Shown here in pieces: positions 28,212 to 41,606 of a DNA stretch of 64,000 bases. The notes beneath the pieces are model-generated. The model saw only the letters and a program-made list of their open reading frames with translations. It ran no database searches and was not told the origin of the DNA. The position numbers and the translations under genes are program-made. This DNA is from the human T2T-CHM13v2.0 reference genome, Homo sapiens. The stretch's first letter is position 1, and every line of letters starts with the position of its first letter. Location: the NCBI RefSeq assembly GCF_009914755.1, contig NC_060928.1. One strand, written 5' to 3'.

Positions 28212-28437
28212 ACTTGATAAGACTAGTCTTTGGAACTTGCCCCACTCCATCTGAGTGGAAGCGTGGCCTGATCACCCACGGTGTGCCTGTATTGGCACTT
28301 TTGTTCTGGTTTTGACTTGGCCTGACTTGGTAAGTCTAGTCTTTGGAACTTGCCCCACTCCATCTGAGTGGAAGCGTGGCCTGATCACCCACCGTGTGCC
28401 TGCATTGGCACTTTTGTTCTGGTTTTGACTTGACTTG
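28212..28437 (+). repeat. 113-bp tandem duplication in the proviral leader
   Basis: ctagtctttggaacttgccccactccatctgagtggaagcgtggcctgatcaccc... occurs twice. Confidence 0.95.
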
Positions 28438-28617
28438 AATTGCTGGATACTTTGGTTTTGGTTTTGACTTGGCTTGAATTTTTTGGTTCTAGGATTTTGA
28501 ATTTCATGATTTTGGTTTGGTATAAATGGTAAAAGTGTGTGTGTGCCCTCTTTACCCGTTCTTTGTCTTGTGGTGAGTGTGTGTAGTGTGAGTGTGGTAT
28601 TTTGTCTTGAAAAAAAA

Positions 28618-28881
28618 ATGGGTCAGGTGCAAAGTAAGCCCACCCCACTGGGAACTATGTTAAAGAATTTCAAGAAAAGATTTAATAGAGACTATGGAGT
28701 TACTATGACACCAGGAAAACTTAGAACTTTGTGTGAAATAGACTGGGTAGCATTAGAGGTGGGTTGGCCATCAGAAAGAAGCCTGGACAGGTCCCTTGTT
28801 TCAAAGGTATGGCACAAGGTAACCTGCAAGCCAAGGCACCCAGACCAGTTTCCATACATAGACAGTTACAGCTGGTTTTAG
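28618..28881 (+). pseudogene. gag: Truncated gag matrix (HERV-E-like)
   Basis: MGQVQSKPTPLGTMLKNFK...LCEIDW...GWPSERSLD...HPDQFPYID, typical gammaretroviral MA. Confidence 0.85.
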
Positions 28882-29949
28882 ACCCCCTTCCCCACCACAG
28901 TAGTTAAGAGAACAGTAGCATAAGCGGCTGGCAGAGGCAAGGAAAGACCAGCAGAGAGAAAAAGAGGCCATCTATACCAATTCTAAGTTAATTTAGACTA
29001 AACAAGGCCTTATTAATAGCAAAGGATAATTGAAATCCCAAACTTATAAGGTTTTCAACAAAAGTGAAGTTTGCTAAAAGTTAACAGTGTAACATGTATT
29101 ATGGTAACTTCTAATCTTGTGGCCTTAGACAGTCTAGTCCAAAGACATAAAAAAAGTTCACTTTAAAAAAGGAGAAAAAGGGGGGAGGCAGAATTTATAT
29201 AAAAAGAATCTTATATGGTAAATTCTTGTCCTGAAATAAATTAACTGGTTGTTTAAAGAAAAAATGTAGTAAGTCGAAAAGTTGAGACATGTTGAAAAAT
29301 TGTTTGCAAAAGTCGTGAAAGAAAAAAATATTATAAAAAATTTTATGCAAAAAATGTTGTATAATTTAAAAATAATAAGGCCTCCTGAGTACTATTGAAG
29401 AAACAGTTTATGTGCAAGGTGTATAAAAAAAGTAAAATATACCTTTGGTAAAAAGATTATAAGGAAACATAAGAATGTGGATTTTTACTTACATTAAAAG
29501 GTTAAAAGAATTATTGTTTTAAAAGTTTAAGCAAGTTTTAAAACATTAATTGTAAAGAAAATTCCATGTGTAAACATATTAGCTAAAGTTAAAAAGGTAT
29601 CATCCAGTTTTTCTGTGAACTGGACATTAAAGTAAAAATGCAACAGATTTTTCTTAAAGCATCAACCTGCTCTTTAACAAAAAGTATAAAAGGTTAAAAA
29701 GAGTCTATAAAATCTTAACTTATAGTCAAACATGAAAAATTCAATAAATATGTCTACAAGGTTTTATTAAAATTAAGTTTAACATTAATAACACACTAAT
29801 ATAAAGGTAAAATTTAGTTTATCTGGTATAAAAATCATACAAGCAATATTATTAAATATAAAATGGTGTTTAGCTTTCTTTGATCTAAAAACTAATAAAA
29901 ATAGGTGCTAAAGGAAACATTCATTTTACTGAGGATCATAAAGGTTAAA

Positions 29950-30500
29950 GACTTAAAACAAACTTTGGCAATTAAGACAGCATACCAAGATGCAAATGCC
30001 TGGTTGAAATGGATTAAATATTCCATCTGCACGTTAAACAAAAGCAATTGTTATGCTTGTGCACATGGCAGGCCAGGGGCCCTGATTGTCTCCCTTCAAC
30101 TAAGGTGGTCCTCCAGTCGACCAGGCATGGGCTGCATGGTAGCTCTTTTCCAGGATTCTACAGCCTGGAGTAGTAAGTCATGCCAAGCTCTCTCTGCTAT
30201 GTCCTGAAGTCCCTGCAGGTCAGTCCCCGAGGGCTATCCAGCTTCTGTCTCTCAACACTAAGTTCACTTTGTGTCTCTCACGTCAGGGAGGAGACTTAGC
30301 ACTCCTTGGAGACCTGAAAGTATGCAGTAAGCTTAAGAATTTTCAAGAGCTTATCAATCAGTCAGCCCTTGCTCATCCCCGAGCAGATGTGTGGTGGTAT
30401 TGTGGTGGACCTTTACTGGGCACTCTGCTGAATAACTGGAGTGGCACTTGTGCTGTAGTCCATTTGGCTATCCCTTTCACCCTGGCATTTCATCAACCAG
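29950..30500 (+). pseudogene. First env-SU-like fragment (not HERV-E type)
   Basis: NAWLKWI...SNCYAC (CXXC) and WWYCG...NWSGTCAVVHL motifs; frameshifted. Confidence 0.65.
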
Positions 30501-30509
30501 GAAAAAAAA

Positions 30510-30990
30510 AATGGCAGTTGGAGTTTTAACCCAGACTGTAGGGCCCTGGCCAAGGCCAGTGGCCTATCTCTCAAAACAACTAGACAGGGTTTCCAAAGGC
30601 TGGCCCCCATGTCCAAGGGCCCTGGCAGCAATGGCCCTGTTAGCACAAGAAGCAGATAAGCTAACTCTTAGGCAAAACCTAAACATAAAGTCCCCCCATG
30701 CTGTGGTGACTTTAATAAATACCAAAGGACATCATTAGCTAATAAATGCTAGACTAACTAGATACCAAAGCTTGCTCTGTGAAAATCCCCGCGTAACCTT
30801 TGAAGTTTGCAACACCCTAACCCCGCCACCTCACTCCTGGTATCAGAGAGCCCAGTTAAACATAACTGTTTAGAGGTGTTGGACTCAGTTTATTCTAGTA
30901 GGCCCAACCTCTGAGACCACCCTTAGATGGTAGACTGGGAGCTGTATGTGGATGGCAGCAGCTTCGCCAACCCCTGCAAAGTGATCTGAA
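30510..30990 (+). pseudogene. pol: pol fragment (RT connection / RNaseH start)
   Basis: AVGVLTQTVGPWPRPVAYLSKQLDRVSKGWPPC.RALAA; ctgtatgtggatggcagcagc = LYVDGSS. Confidence 0.85.
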
Positions 30991-31052
30991 GAAGATGGCA
31001 AACACTGCTCCAGTCACACCCAGAAGCTGACTGGTCCACGCATGGCTGAAGC

Positions 31053-33110
31053 ATGAGGAAACTCATCGCGGGACTCATTTTCCTTAAAATTTGGACTTGT
31101 TCAGTAAGGACTTCAACTGACCTTCCTCAGACTGAGGGCTATTCCCAGTATATACATCAAGTCACTGAGGTAGGACAAAAGATTGCTACAGTCCTATTAT
31201 TTTATAGTTATTATGAATGCCTAGGAACTCCAAAAGGAAACTGTTTGTATAATAACACTCAGTACAAAGTATGTAATCCAGGAAGTGACCAGCCCAATGT
31301 GTGCTATGACCCCTCTGAACCTCCCATGATCACAGTCGTTGAAGTAAGACTAAGGACTGGTCCTTTTCTAGGTGACACAAGTAAAGTAATAGCTGGAAGA
31401 GAAAAAAGAGGGGTCCCCAAACATGTAACCTTAAAATTGGATGCTTGTGCTGCTATTCATAGTAATCAGCAAGGAATAGAGTGCAGTTCTCTAGATTGGA
31501 AAAAAGTTACACAGTAAAAAATAAGTATACCTGTCAAGAATCATATTTATGTGAGATGTGTCAATACTGGTCTTGTGTTATTTGGACTACTCAGAAAAAA
31601 GATAAAAAAAGATCCTCTTTGGCTCCGGAAAGGAAAAGACAGCCCCTCCTGTATGAGTGGGAGCTGCAACCCTTTACAATTGGTAATCACAAACCCCTCA
31701 GACCCAAAATGAAATAAAGAAAAATACGTATCATTGGGCATTGATGGAAAAGGACTAAATCTTAGCGTAAACATCTTAATAAAAGGGGAGGTTCAAAGAT
31801 GCTCTCCAGAACCAGCATTTCAGACTTTCTATGATAAACTATATGTGCCAGTACCAGAGACTCCAGGAAAAAACAGAAATTTGTTTTTGCAATTAGCCGA
31901 GCATGTAGCCCAGTCTCTAACTGTCACTTCATGTTATGTTTGTGGAAAAACTGTAATAAGAGATCAATGGCCATAAGAAGCCTGAGAATTAGTGCCTACA
32001 GACCCAGTTCCTGATGAATTCCCGGCCCAAAAGAATCACCCTGATCATCTTAGTTTCTAAAAGTCTCAATTATTGAACAATATTGCATAGCTAAAAAAAG
32101 AAAAGAATTCACTCGTTCTGTAGGATGACTTAGTTGTCTGGGGCAAAAACTATATAATGGTACTGCAAAAAAACAGTTACATGGTGGAGTTCCAATTACA
32201 CAGAAAGAGATCCATTCAGTAAATTTCCAACATTGCAGACTGTCTGGGCCCACCCAGAATTCCACTGGGACTGGACTGCCCCCACCGGGTTATACTGGAT
32301 ATGTAGACATAGAGCCTACACAAAGCTGCCTGACCAGTGGACATTTAGTTGTGTTGTTGGCACTATTAAGCCATCTTTCTTCCTACTGCCCATAAAAACA
32401 GGCAAACTCCTGGGTTTCCCTGTCTATGCTTCCCGTGGAAAACGAAGCATAGCCATAGCTAATTGGAAAAATGATGAATGACCCCCTAAAAAAATTATAC
32501 GTTACTATAGGCCTGCCACTTAGACACAAGACGGATCATGGGGATACTGGACCCCCATTTACATGCTCAACCGAATGATACGGTTGCAAGCTCTTTTAAA
32601 AATCATCACTAATAAAACCAGTCAAGCCTTGACTATTCTGGCCTGGCAAAAAAAAAAAAAAAACTCAGATAAGAAATGCTATCTATCAAAATAGATTGGC
32701 TCTCCACTACTTACTAGCAGCTAAAAGAAAAGTCTATAAGAAATTTAACCTTACTAATTATTGTCTACACATGGATAATCAAAGGCAAGTAGTTAAAGAC
32801 ATAGTTAAAAATATGACAAAACTGGCACATGTGCCAGTACAAGTGTAGCATGGATTCAACCCTGAAGCCATGTTAGAAGATGGTTCCCAGCACTAGGAAG
32901 ATTTAAAATTCTTATAATAAAAGTTATAATAGTAATAAAAACCTGCTTACTGCTCCCTTGTTTGCTACCTGTACTTCTTCAAATGATAAAAGGCTTCATC
33001 ACTACCTTAGTTCACCAAAATGCTTCAGTGCAAGTGTACTATATAAATCACTATCAATCTATTGCACAAAAAGATATAAGTAGCAAAAATAAAAGTGAGA
33101 ACTCTCTCTA
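31053..33110 (+). pseudogene. env: HERV-E-type env, disrupted
   Basis: Signal peptide MRKLIAGLIFLKIW; SCYVCG; furin site RGKR at about 32433-32444; ISD-like [12 protein letters not shown]; multiple stops and frameshifts. Confidence 0.88.
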
Positions 33111-33140
33111 ATAAAAAGTGAGAGTCTCAAAGGGGGAAAA

Positions 33141-33616
33141 TGAGGGAAGAGAAAGACTCTCTCATATTGTTTTATATTGTTTTATGCTCAGTACCTGTTT
33201 TAAGAAAAAAATAAGCAAGTGAAATCAAAGACAAGCAGCCCGGTTCCAGGCCCAAAACCAGGCCTGGGCCTGCCTGGCCTAAACCTAGTAGTTAAAAATC
33301 AACTCATGACTTAGAACCCCATGTTACCCATAGATTTCAGGCATTGTATGGAAGAACATTGGGAAACTCCCTGCTCTGTTCTGTTTCACTCTGACTACCA
33401 GTGCATGAAACCCCTGTCACGTATCCCCTAGATTGCTCAGTCACAACCCTTTCATGTAAAATCTTTAGTGTTGTGAGCCCTTAAAAGGGACAGAAATTGT
33501 GCACTCGGGGAGCTCGGATTTTAAGGCAGTAGCTTGCTGATGCTCCCAGCTGAATAAAGCCCTTCCTTCTACAACTCGGTGTCTGAGAGGTTTTGTCTGG
33601 GGCTTGTCCTGCTACA
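33141..33616 (+). mobile_element. 3' LTR (LTR2B-like)
   Basis: Preceded by PPT aaagggggaaaa and followed by TSD atgt. Confidence 0.92.
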
Positions 33617-36336
33617 ATGTCACCTTTGCCATTACTGATTGTGCTTAGTTGCATCTTCTCTCTTGTTTGATAATCTAGCTGGCAGTCTGTTGATCTTGTT
33701 TATCCTTTCAAAGTGCCAACTTTTGGTTTCATTAATCTTTGGTATGAATATATGTGTCTCAATTTTGTTCAACTCTGCTCTGAATATAGTTATTTCTTTC
33801 CTTCTGCTAACTTTGGTATTAGTTTGTTTTTGTTTTTCTAGTTCCTCTAGGTTTCAGGTTAGATCATTGATTTGGTATATTTCTATCTTTTTGATGTAGG
33901 CATTTAGTGCTATAAACTTTGCTCCTAACACTGCTTTTGCTACATCCTTGAGATTTTGATATATTGTATCTGTGTTTTTATTTATTTATTTATTTTAATT
34001 TCTGCCCTACTCTCTTTGTTTACCCAAAAGTTATTCAGGAGCAATTTGTTTAATTTCCATTTATTGATGTGGTTTGAGGGTTCTTCTTGGTACTAATTTC
34101 TATTTTTATTCCACTGAAGTCTGAGAGTATGGTTGGTATCATTTCAGTGTTTTTGAATTTATTGAGACTTGCTTTATGGGCAAGCATGTGGTAGATAACA
34201 GAGTATGTTCTATGTGCAGATGAGAAGAATGTATATTCTGTGGTTGATGGGCACAGTATTCTGTAGCTGCATATTAAGTCCAATTGGTCAAGTGTTCAGT
34301 TTAAGTCTAGAATTTGTTAGTTTTCTGCCCTGATGATCTGTCTAATGTTGTAAGTGGGTTGTTGAAGACCTGCATTATTATTATGCAGCTATCTATTTCA
34401 TTTCTTAGGTCTAGTTGTGCTTATTTTATGAATGATGGTGCTCCGTTGTTGGATGCATATATATTTAAGATAGTTAAGTCTTCCTATTGAATTGAACTCT
34501 TTATCATTATGTAATGACCCTCTTTGTCTCTGGTTACTGCTGTTGGTTTAAAGTATGTTTCATCTGATATCAGAATAGTGACTCTGGCCCTTTATTGCTT
34601 TCTGTTTGCATAATAGATATTTCTCCAACCTTTTATTTGAGCCTATGGGTGTCATTGCATGTAAGATGGAGCTCTTGGAGATAAGGACAGCTGGGTCCTG
34701 TTGTTTATCCAACTTGCGACTCAGTGCCTTTTAACTGGGGGCATTTCAATCATTACCATTCAAGGTTAACATTGATATTTGAGGTTTTGATCCTATTGTG
34801 AAATTGTTAACTTGTTACTTTGTCATCTCTATTGTTTGTCTGCCTTACAAGGTGTGTGGGCTATGTATTTAAGGGTATTTTTCTGGGAGCAAGTATTATT
34901 CTTTTTTCCTCATGTTTACAATTCCCTTGAGGGTCTCTTGTAAGGCTAGTATAGTGGCAAAAAGTTCCCTAGTGCTTGCTTCTATGGAAAATCTGTTATT
35001 TCTCCTTTGCTTATGAAGCTTAGTTTGGTGGCATATAGAATATTTTTGGAATTTCTTTTAAGGATGCTAAAAATAGGCCCCTAATCTCTTCTTGCTTCAG
35101 GTTTTTTAAAAAACCTGAAGTCACATACAGTATTCTGTAGTTTGTAGAATTTTCTTTCTTAACAAGCATAAGTTTATGTACTTACATACCCATTTTTGAA
35201 GACATGTATTTAACAAACATTTTAAATGCATTTAAAAACAATGTATGTAACAAAATACACACCAATTAAATTTTAAATAGAAATTCTGAAATGGAGGTGA
35301 GAAATTCAATTCTATTTTTTCAAAAATAATTTATGCTTATACAAATCATTTAAAATATATTGTGTATATACTGAATTCAGTCAGCTACACAAATTATTGG
35401 TTAAACCTGATGTATGTTGTTCTTTTGTTAATAAGTCATTTTCTAATGAATATTCTATACCCAAGTTTCAAATGAAATCCCACTCTCCTACTCTACTGTT
35501 TGTTTTTTAATATTATAAATATTTGAAGAAATATGTTCATATTCTTGTGATGAAGTCAGAAGAATTTTTTTACTGAAACCTGGGTTATTCAAAAAATAAT
35601 TTATTTCTATACTATATCATTTTATACTTAGTGAATTTATTTAGGAAACATATACATTGTATCATATTTTTAATAGTTGAACTTCAGTAAGGAGCTATTT
35701 TTTTCACTATAGAATATTTTTTTAAAAATCTGAAGTATGCTGTTTGCGATATCTTGTCTATGTCAATACTCTAGGAATCACTTTACATAGTTTAGTATAA
35801 ATTAGTTAAGCTAACTTCCCTTCACTTTTTTTTTTTTTGTTTTTACACCTTTTGTGACGAAATTAAAAACGTTCCTTCAAAAGAGTTCCTTTTTCTTATA
35901 TAGCAAAGATAGAAATCCTTGTCCTTCCTGGTGCAAAAGGAAAGGGGAGAGTAGATAAATGTATATTACATTTATGTGAGGGAAAAATAGATGCTTTATG
36001 GGAGACACAAAATAGAGCAAGTGATTTCTGTCTTTGTAGATTATAAATCAAACTGTAACTAATGATTGAAAAACATGTTGTCATTAAAAATTTCATAAAT
36101 GTTTTCTGAAACTACTGTTTTTCTCTGTCATACAGTCTATGCCAAACATCACGATTGCCAATGCTTTTTTTCAAATAGATGGGTGTTTCCTGTTTACTTT
36201 CCACTTAACTGATCTATGAAGGCTTATACTGGAAGTATTCAGTTTATTCACCTACGAAATTAATTTTGCTGCTGCAAATAAATTTGCTTAGTTTAAAATC
36301 ATCATGGGATATATCAAGATTAACTTTATTGCCTAA

Positions 36337-36681
<345 letters not shown>

Positions 36682-37062
36682 AATTATATCTTAATAAAAC
36701 AACAGACTGATCATCTTAACATTGTAAAAAAAGACACATTTATTGATTTACTTTACATTTTACAGACTAAACAAAATTTTGTGTAAATATGTTCTTTATT
36801 TTAAAATCACTACTGCCAAAATATTAAAATATGAAGGCTCATAAAAAGATCATGACTTTAATATTTCAGCATATATAAATGAATTGATTGTATCAATTTT
36901 ATATAAAAATGTTTATTACCAAAACAAGTATGGTAAATCATACTTGTTTTATACTTTATTATATTACATCATTCAATATTCTTCAATCACACTATAATAA
37001 TTCAGAATTTAGTTGTGTACATTTTAAAAGTTTTACTTTTTTAAAATGTGGCTATACTTTTA

Positions 37063-37348
<286 letters not shown>

Positions 37349-38232
37349 CTAAATGTTTTCAAAACATAATAACCTCTATACATCAATATTATCTTTATAA
37401 ATAAAATTCTCCAAGCAATCTAAATATTGGACAAATTCAAAGTTTAGCAATTGAATTATTTAGGCAAAATAGTTATTAAAATAAAATAGCATGAATCATA
37501 GAAATAGTTTAAGGTATATATGGATATTAATATCTTTCAATGTTCAAAAACAAATGTCCTTAATACTTTGTAAATTGGGTATCAACACCTTCATTTAAAA
37601 GAAATTTATATAATTATACATGTTTTCCCACAAAATGGTACATAATGTTTGCTTGTAAGCTGTATTTATAAAATACACATATTTTACTAGATCAAGTATA
37701 ACCCAACCCATTTTAACAGGATAAAAAGTTTTGATACAAAGGTAACAATAGGAATGATATGTTCAATCTATTTACTCTTTCCTATGCTCATAAACTAAAC
37801 TCCTCTAATAATTTATAATATGGGAAGTTTCAAATGTTTTGAATCTTCAGTTCATCAATCTTAGTTTTAAATGTCTGTTGAAATCTGCTAGAAAAAAATA
37901 GATTACATAATTCTAGATTATTTAGGATTAATGAAAGGATTTTTTTTCCCTCGAGTCTCAAAACTGTTTTAATATTAATACAGTCAAAATTTAAATGCAA
38001 TTTTAAGTAGGAAGACCACAAAATTAACTGAACACCTTAAACATAAAATTTAATATCAAAGTATTTATGGCTAGATAGGGACATATATTATTACACTTCA
38101 TTTTATTCTAATGAAATATAAGCTAAAATTATTTTAACAGTGTATCATAGTTAACACAGTAAAATAGTCTTCATCTCTAACCTCCCAAGAATTTTCCAAA
38201 TGGAGTAATAGAAAATAAAATATATAGCAGGA

Positions 38233-38275
38233 GGGAGTTTAGCTCGAAGGTAGAGCATTGGACTGCAGATCAAGA
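38233..38275 (+). pseudogene. Tailless 5'-half tRNA-Cys(GCA) retropseudogene
   Basis: gggagtttagctcgaaggtagagcattggactgcagatcaaga matches the first ~43 nt of tRNA-Cys; anticodon GCA at 38265-38267; no T-arm; TSD at 38210-38229 and 38273-38292. Confidence 0.88.
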
Positions 38276-38579
38276 AAATAAAACATATAGTGTAGATATT
38301 AACCAATGTCATATTACCAACTTTGCTGTCAAAGACAATGTTTTTGTAATTATCTGGAAAAATATATACAATATTGTCATGTATTTTAGTGTTTGGAACT
38401 TCATGAGTTATATTCTTTCACCCGACACATATTTCAGTCTTACTATATATTTTATCAATAGAATAAATTAGAGAAAATCTAAGATTCTCACTTCATGAAT
38501 CTTACAATATAATATTGATACAACTGTAAGTAAAATAGTTATACAAGTGAGTGCATTTTACTAATTTTTACAACTGTTT

Positions 38580-39783
38580 TTAAAGGAAGGTACAGATATC
38601 GGCAGAGGTTATAACTAGAGAAATTAACTGACCTGTGGGGTGTCAAATAAGGATTTATGAAGATATGATGAAAATCAAACCCAGCAATAAATAAGAACCA
38701 TAATATGACATGGCCAAGCAGTGTTACATCAGGAATTCAAGATTGATTTTTCATACGAAAACTGATCAATGCAATTCTACATATTAAGAGATTATAAAAA
38801 AGTATTTGGCACAACTGAAAACTTATTCATGCTGAAAACTCAGAAAGTTATAAATAAAATTGAACTTCAAGCTAATAAAAGATATGCATCAAATATTTAA
38901 AATTAATATTGTATTTATTAGTAACAGATTGAATGCTATCTCTATGAATTCAAGAAAAGTAAAAAGGTCCACTCTCACCACTGCTCTTTGTTATTACAAA
39001 AAAATCCTACGCAGGGCAGTAATGCAAAAAAAAGTAGCATATATTTCCAATTTTGCAGATATAGTAAACTTGTGCAAAATTGGAATTAAACAATCTTTTA
39101 AACTATGTTTATAAGCAAAAATATGATTATTCTGTAAATCCCATTCAACAAAAATGCTGTGAGAAAAAAGAAAATTTAACAAGATTTTAGAATACCATGC
39201 CAATATTGAAAAAAACTACACTTTTATACTATAAACAAATGATTGGGAATTCAAATTCAAAACGATAAATTTTCAATTTACCATAGGATGCAAAAGTATG
39301 AAATGATTAAGGATATATAAAATAAAACACGCAGATGATCTTTACAATGAGAAGTCCAAATGTCAGAAAGAGAAATTAAGACATAGCTATGAAATATTTA
39401 TATATTGAAAATATCAATATTGTTAAATTTAAATTATCTTAAAATTATTCTATCAATTTAATACAATTACAATAAAAATTCCAGTTGACTAATTCTTGGT
39501 GAAATTAACACACTCTTTACAAACTTTATATTTGAATGCACACGTCATAGAATAGCCAATTTAAAAAAAAATAGAGAAAATATGGAGGACTTCCCTTACA
39601 TGATTTATTTTGAATATTTCTGTAAATCTAAAATGATCAAAACAGTGTAGTAGTAGTATTAGTATAAAGAGAGATAGGTTAATGAAGCAAAATAGACTAT
39701 CTCAAAAATACCTGAATATATGTGGCCAGTTGATTTATGAAAAAAGGTGTTAAGGAAATTTAATGGAAAAGAAATCATTTTTA
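38580..39783 (+). mobile_element. Old L1M ORF2 fragment (continues at about 41925-43390)
   Basis: Degenerate ORF2 phrases; colinear continuation after the younger L1 insertion. Confidence 0.65.
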
Positions 39784-39794
39784 AAGAGTTTAAA

Positions 39795-41603
39795 GTGCAC
39801 TGAATCTGTAGATTGCTTTGGGCAGAATTGTCATTTTAACGTATTGATTCATCTAATCAATGAACATCAGCGTTTTTTTTTCTTTTTCATTTGTTTGTGT
39901 CACGTATGACGTCTTTCATTAGTGTATTCCAGATATCTTTCACTTCTTTGGTTGAATATACACTTAACGATTTCAATTTCTTTAACTTTTCCCTGTTCAG
40001 TATGATGTTGGCTGTGGATTAGTTATATACAGCTTTTGTTATTTTGAGGTATATTCTTTCAATGCATAGTTTGTTAAGGGTTTTTATCATGAACGGATGC
40101 TGATTTTTATTGAAGGCTTTTTCTGCATCTATTGAGATAATCTCATTTTAAAAATCTGCTTATATGGTGAATTACGTTGTTTATTTGCATATGTCGAACC
40201 ATTCTTGCATTCTTTGGATAAAACCTACTTGATCATGGTGTATCATATTTGTGACGTGTTGTTAGAATTGGTTTGCTAGTCTTTTGTTAAGAATTTTTTT
40301 CATCTATGTTCACCAGGGCTATTGGCCTGTACTTTAGCTTTTGTTGTTGTGTCCTTGCCTGGCTTTGGTATCAGGGTGATACTGATTTTGTAGAATCAGG
40401 GAGGATTCTCTCCTCTTTGAGTTTTTGGAATAGTTTCAGTAGAATTGGTACCAGCTCTTCTTTGTATATCTGGTAGAATTCAGCTGTGAATCCATCTAAT
40501 CCTGGGCATATTTTTTGGAAGAATTATTATTATTGATTCAATTTCACTGCTTATTGATTTTTCAGAAATCCTATTTCTTCCTGGCTCAGTATTAGAAGGT
40601 TGTATGTTTCCAGGAATTTATCTATTTCCTCTAGGTTTTTAAACTTATGCATGTAGAAATGCTCATAGTAGTCTCTGATGAACTTTTGTATTTCTGTGGT
40701 ATCAGTTGTAATGTCACCTTCATTTCTGATTGTGCTTATCTTAGTCTGCTGTCTTATTTTCTTGGTTATTCTAGCACGTAGTGTATCAATTTTGTTTATA
40801 TTTTCAAATAACCAACTTTTTCTTTCATTGATCCTCTGACTTGTTTTATTGCTATCAAATTGATTTAGCTCTTCTCTGATCTTTTTTATTTTTTTTTCTT
40901 CTCCTACCTTTGGGTTTTGTTTGTTCTTGGTTTTTCTAGTCCTGGAAGTGCAACATTAAGTTGTTAATTTGTGCTTTTTCTATCTTTTTGATATAGTCAT
41001 TTAATGCTATAAATTTCCCTCTCAGCACTGCTTTTGCTCTATTCCAGAGGTTTTTGATGTTGGGTCTCTACTTTCATTTGTTTCAAAAAGTTTTTAAATC
41101 TCTCTCTTTATTCTATCAGTGATCCAAAGATCATTCAGTCATATGTTCTTCAATTTCCATGCATTTATATGGTTATGAGACTTCCTCTTGTTATTTGTTT
41201 CCAGTTTTATTCCACTGTGGTATGAGAAGATACTTGGTATGATTTTAATTTTTGAAATTTATTGAGATTTGTTTTGTCACCTAGAATATGGTCTTTTTGG
41301 AGACTGTTCCATGCCCAGATAAGAAGAATGTATATTCTGCGGTTGTTGAGTAGAATGTTTTGTAAATGTCTGTTAGGTTCACTTGTTCTAGAGTTCAATT
41401 TAATTCCAGTGTTTCTTTGCTAATTTTCTGCCTTGATGATCTGTCTAGTGCTGTGAGTTGGGCTATTATTATATTGCTGTCTATCCCTTTTCTCAGGTCT
41501 AGTACTATTTGTTTTATGAATCTTAGTACTCCAATGTTGGATGCATGTATATTTAGTATTATCTTCTTGTTGAGTTGATCTGTTTATCTTTATATAATGA
41601 CCA
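39795..41603 (-). mobile_element. L1 ORF2 (EN-RT) segment, inverted part of a younger L1
   Basis: Antisense ORF2 from gcactgaatctgtagattgctttgggcag to the endonuclease region; one internal deletion near 39980. Confidence 0.85.
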
Positions 41604-41606
41604 TCT

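Larger units (their letters stand above)
25080..35107 (-). mobile_element. L1PA/PB-type element (ORF2 through the ORF1/ORF2 region), split by the Harlequin provirus
   Basis: Continuous antisense ORF2 at 25080-27470 resumes at 33617 (gttgtaatgt|cacctt). ORF 34050-34283 is the endonuclease region (EYTFFSSAHRTYS...SDFSGIKIEI). Confidence 0.9.

Noticed and set aside
31053-33110. Domesticated syncytin-like env
   Set aside because: The ORF is broken after 154 aa, with many stops and frameshifts; the ISD and CX6CC motif are destroyed.
38233-38275. Functional tRNA-Cys gene
   Set aside because: It lacks the T-arm/B-box and 3' acceptor strand, and it is flanked by a TSD.
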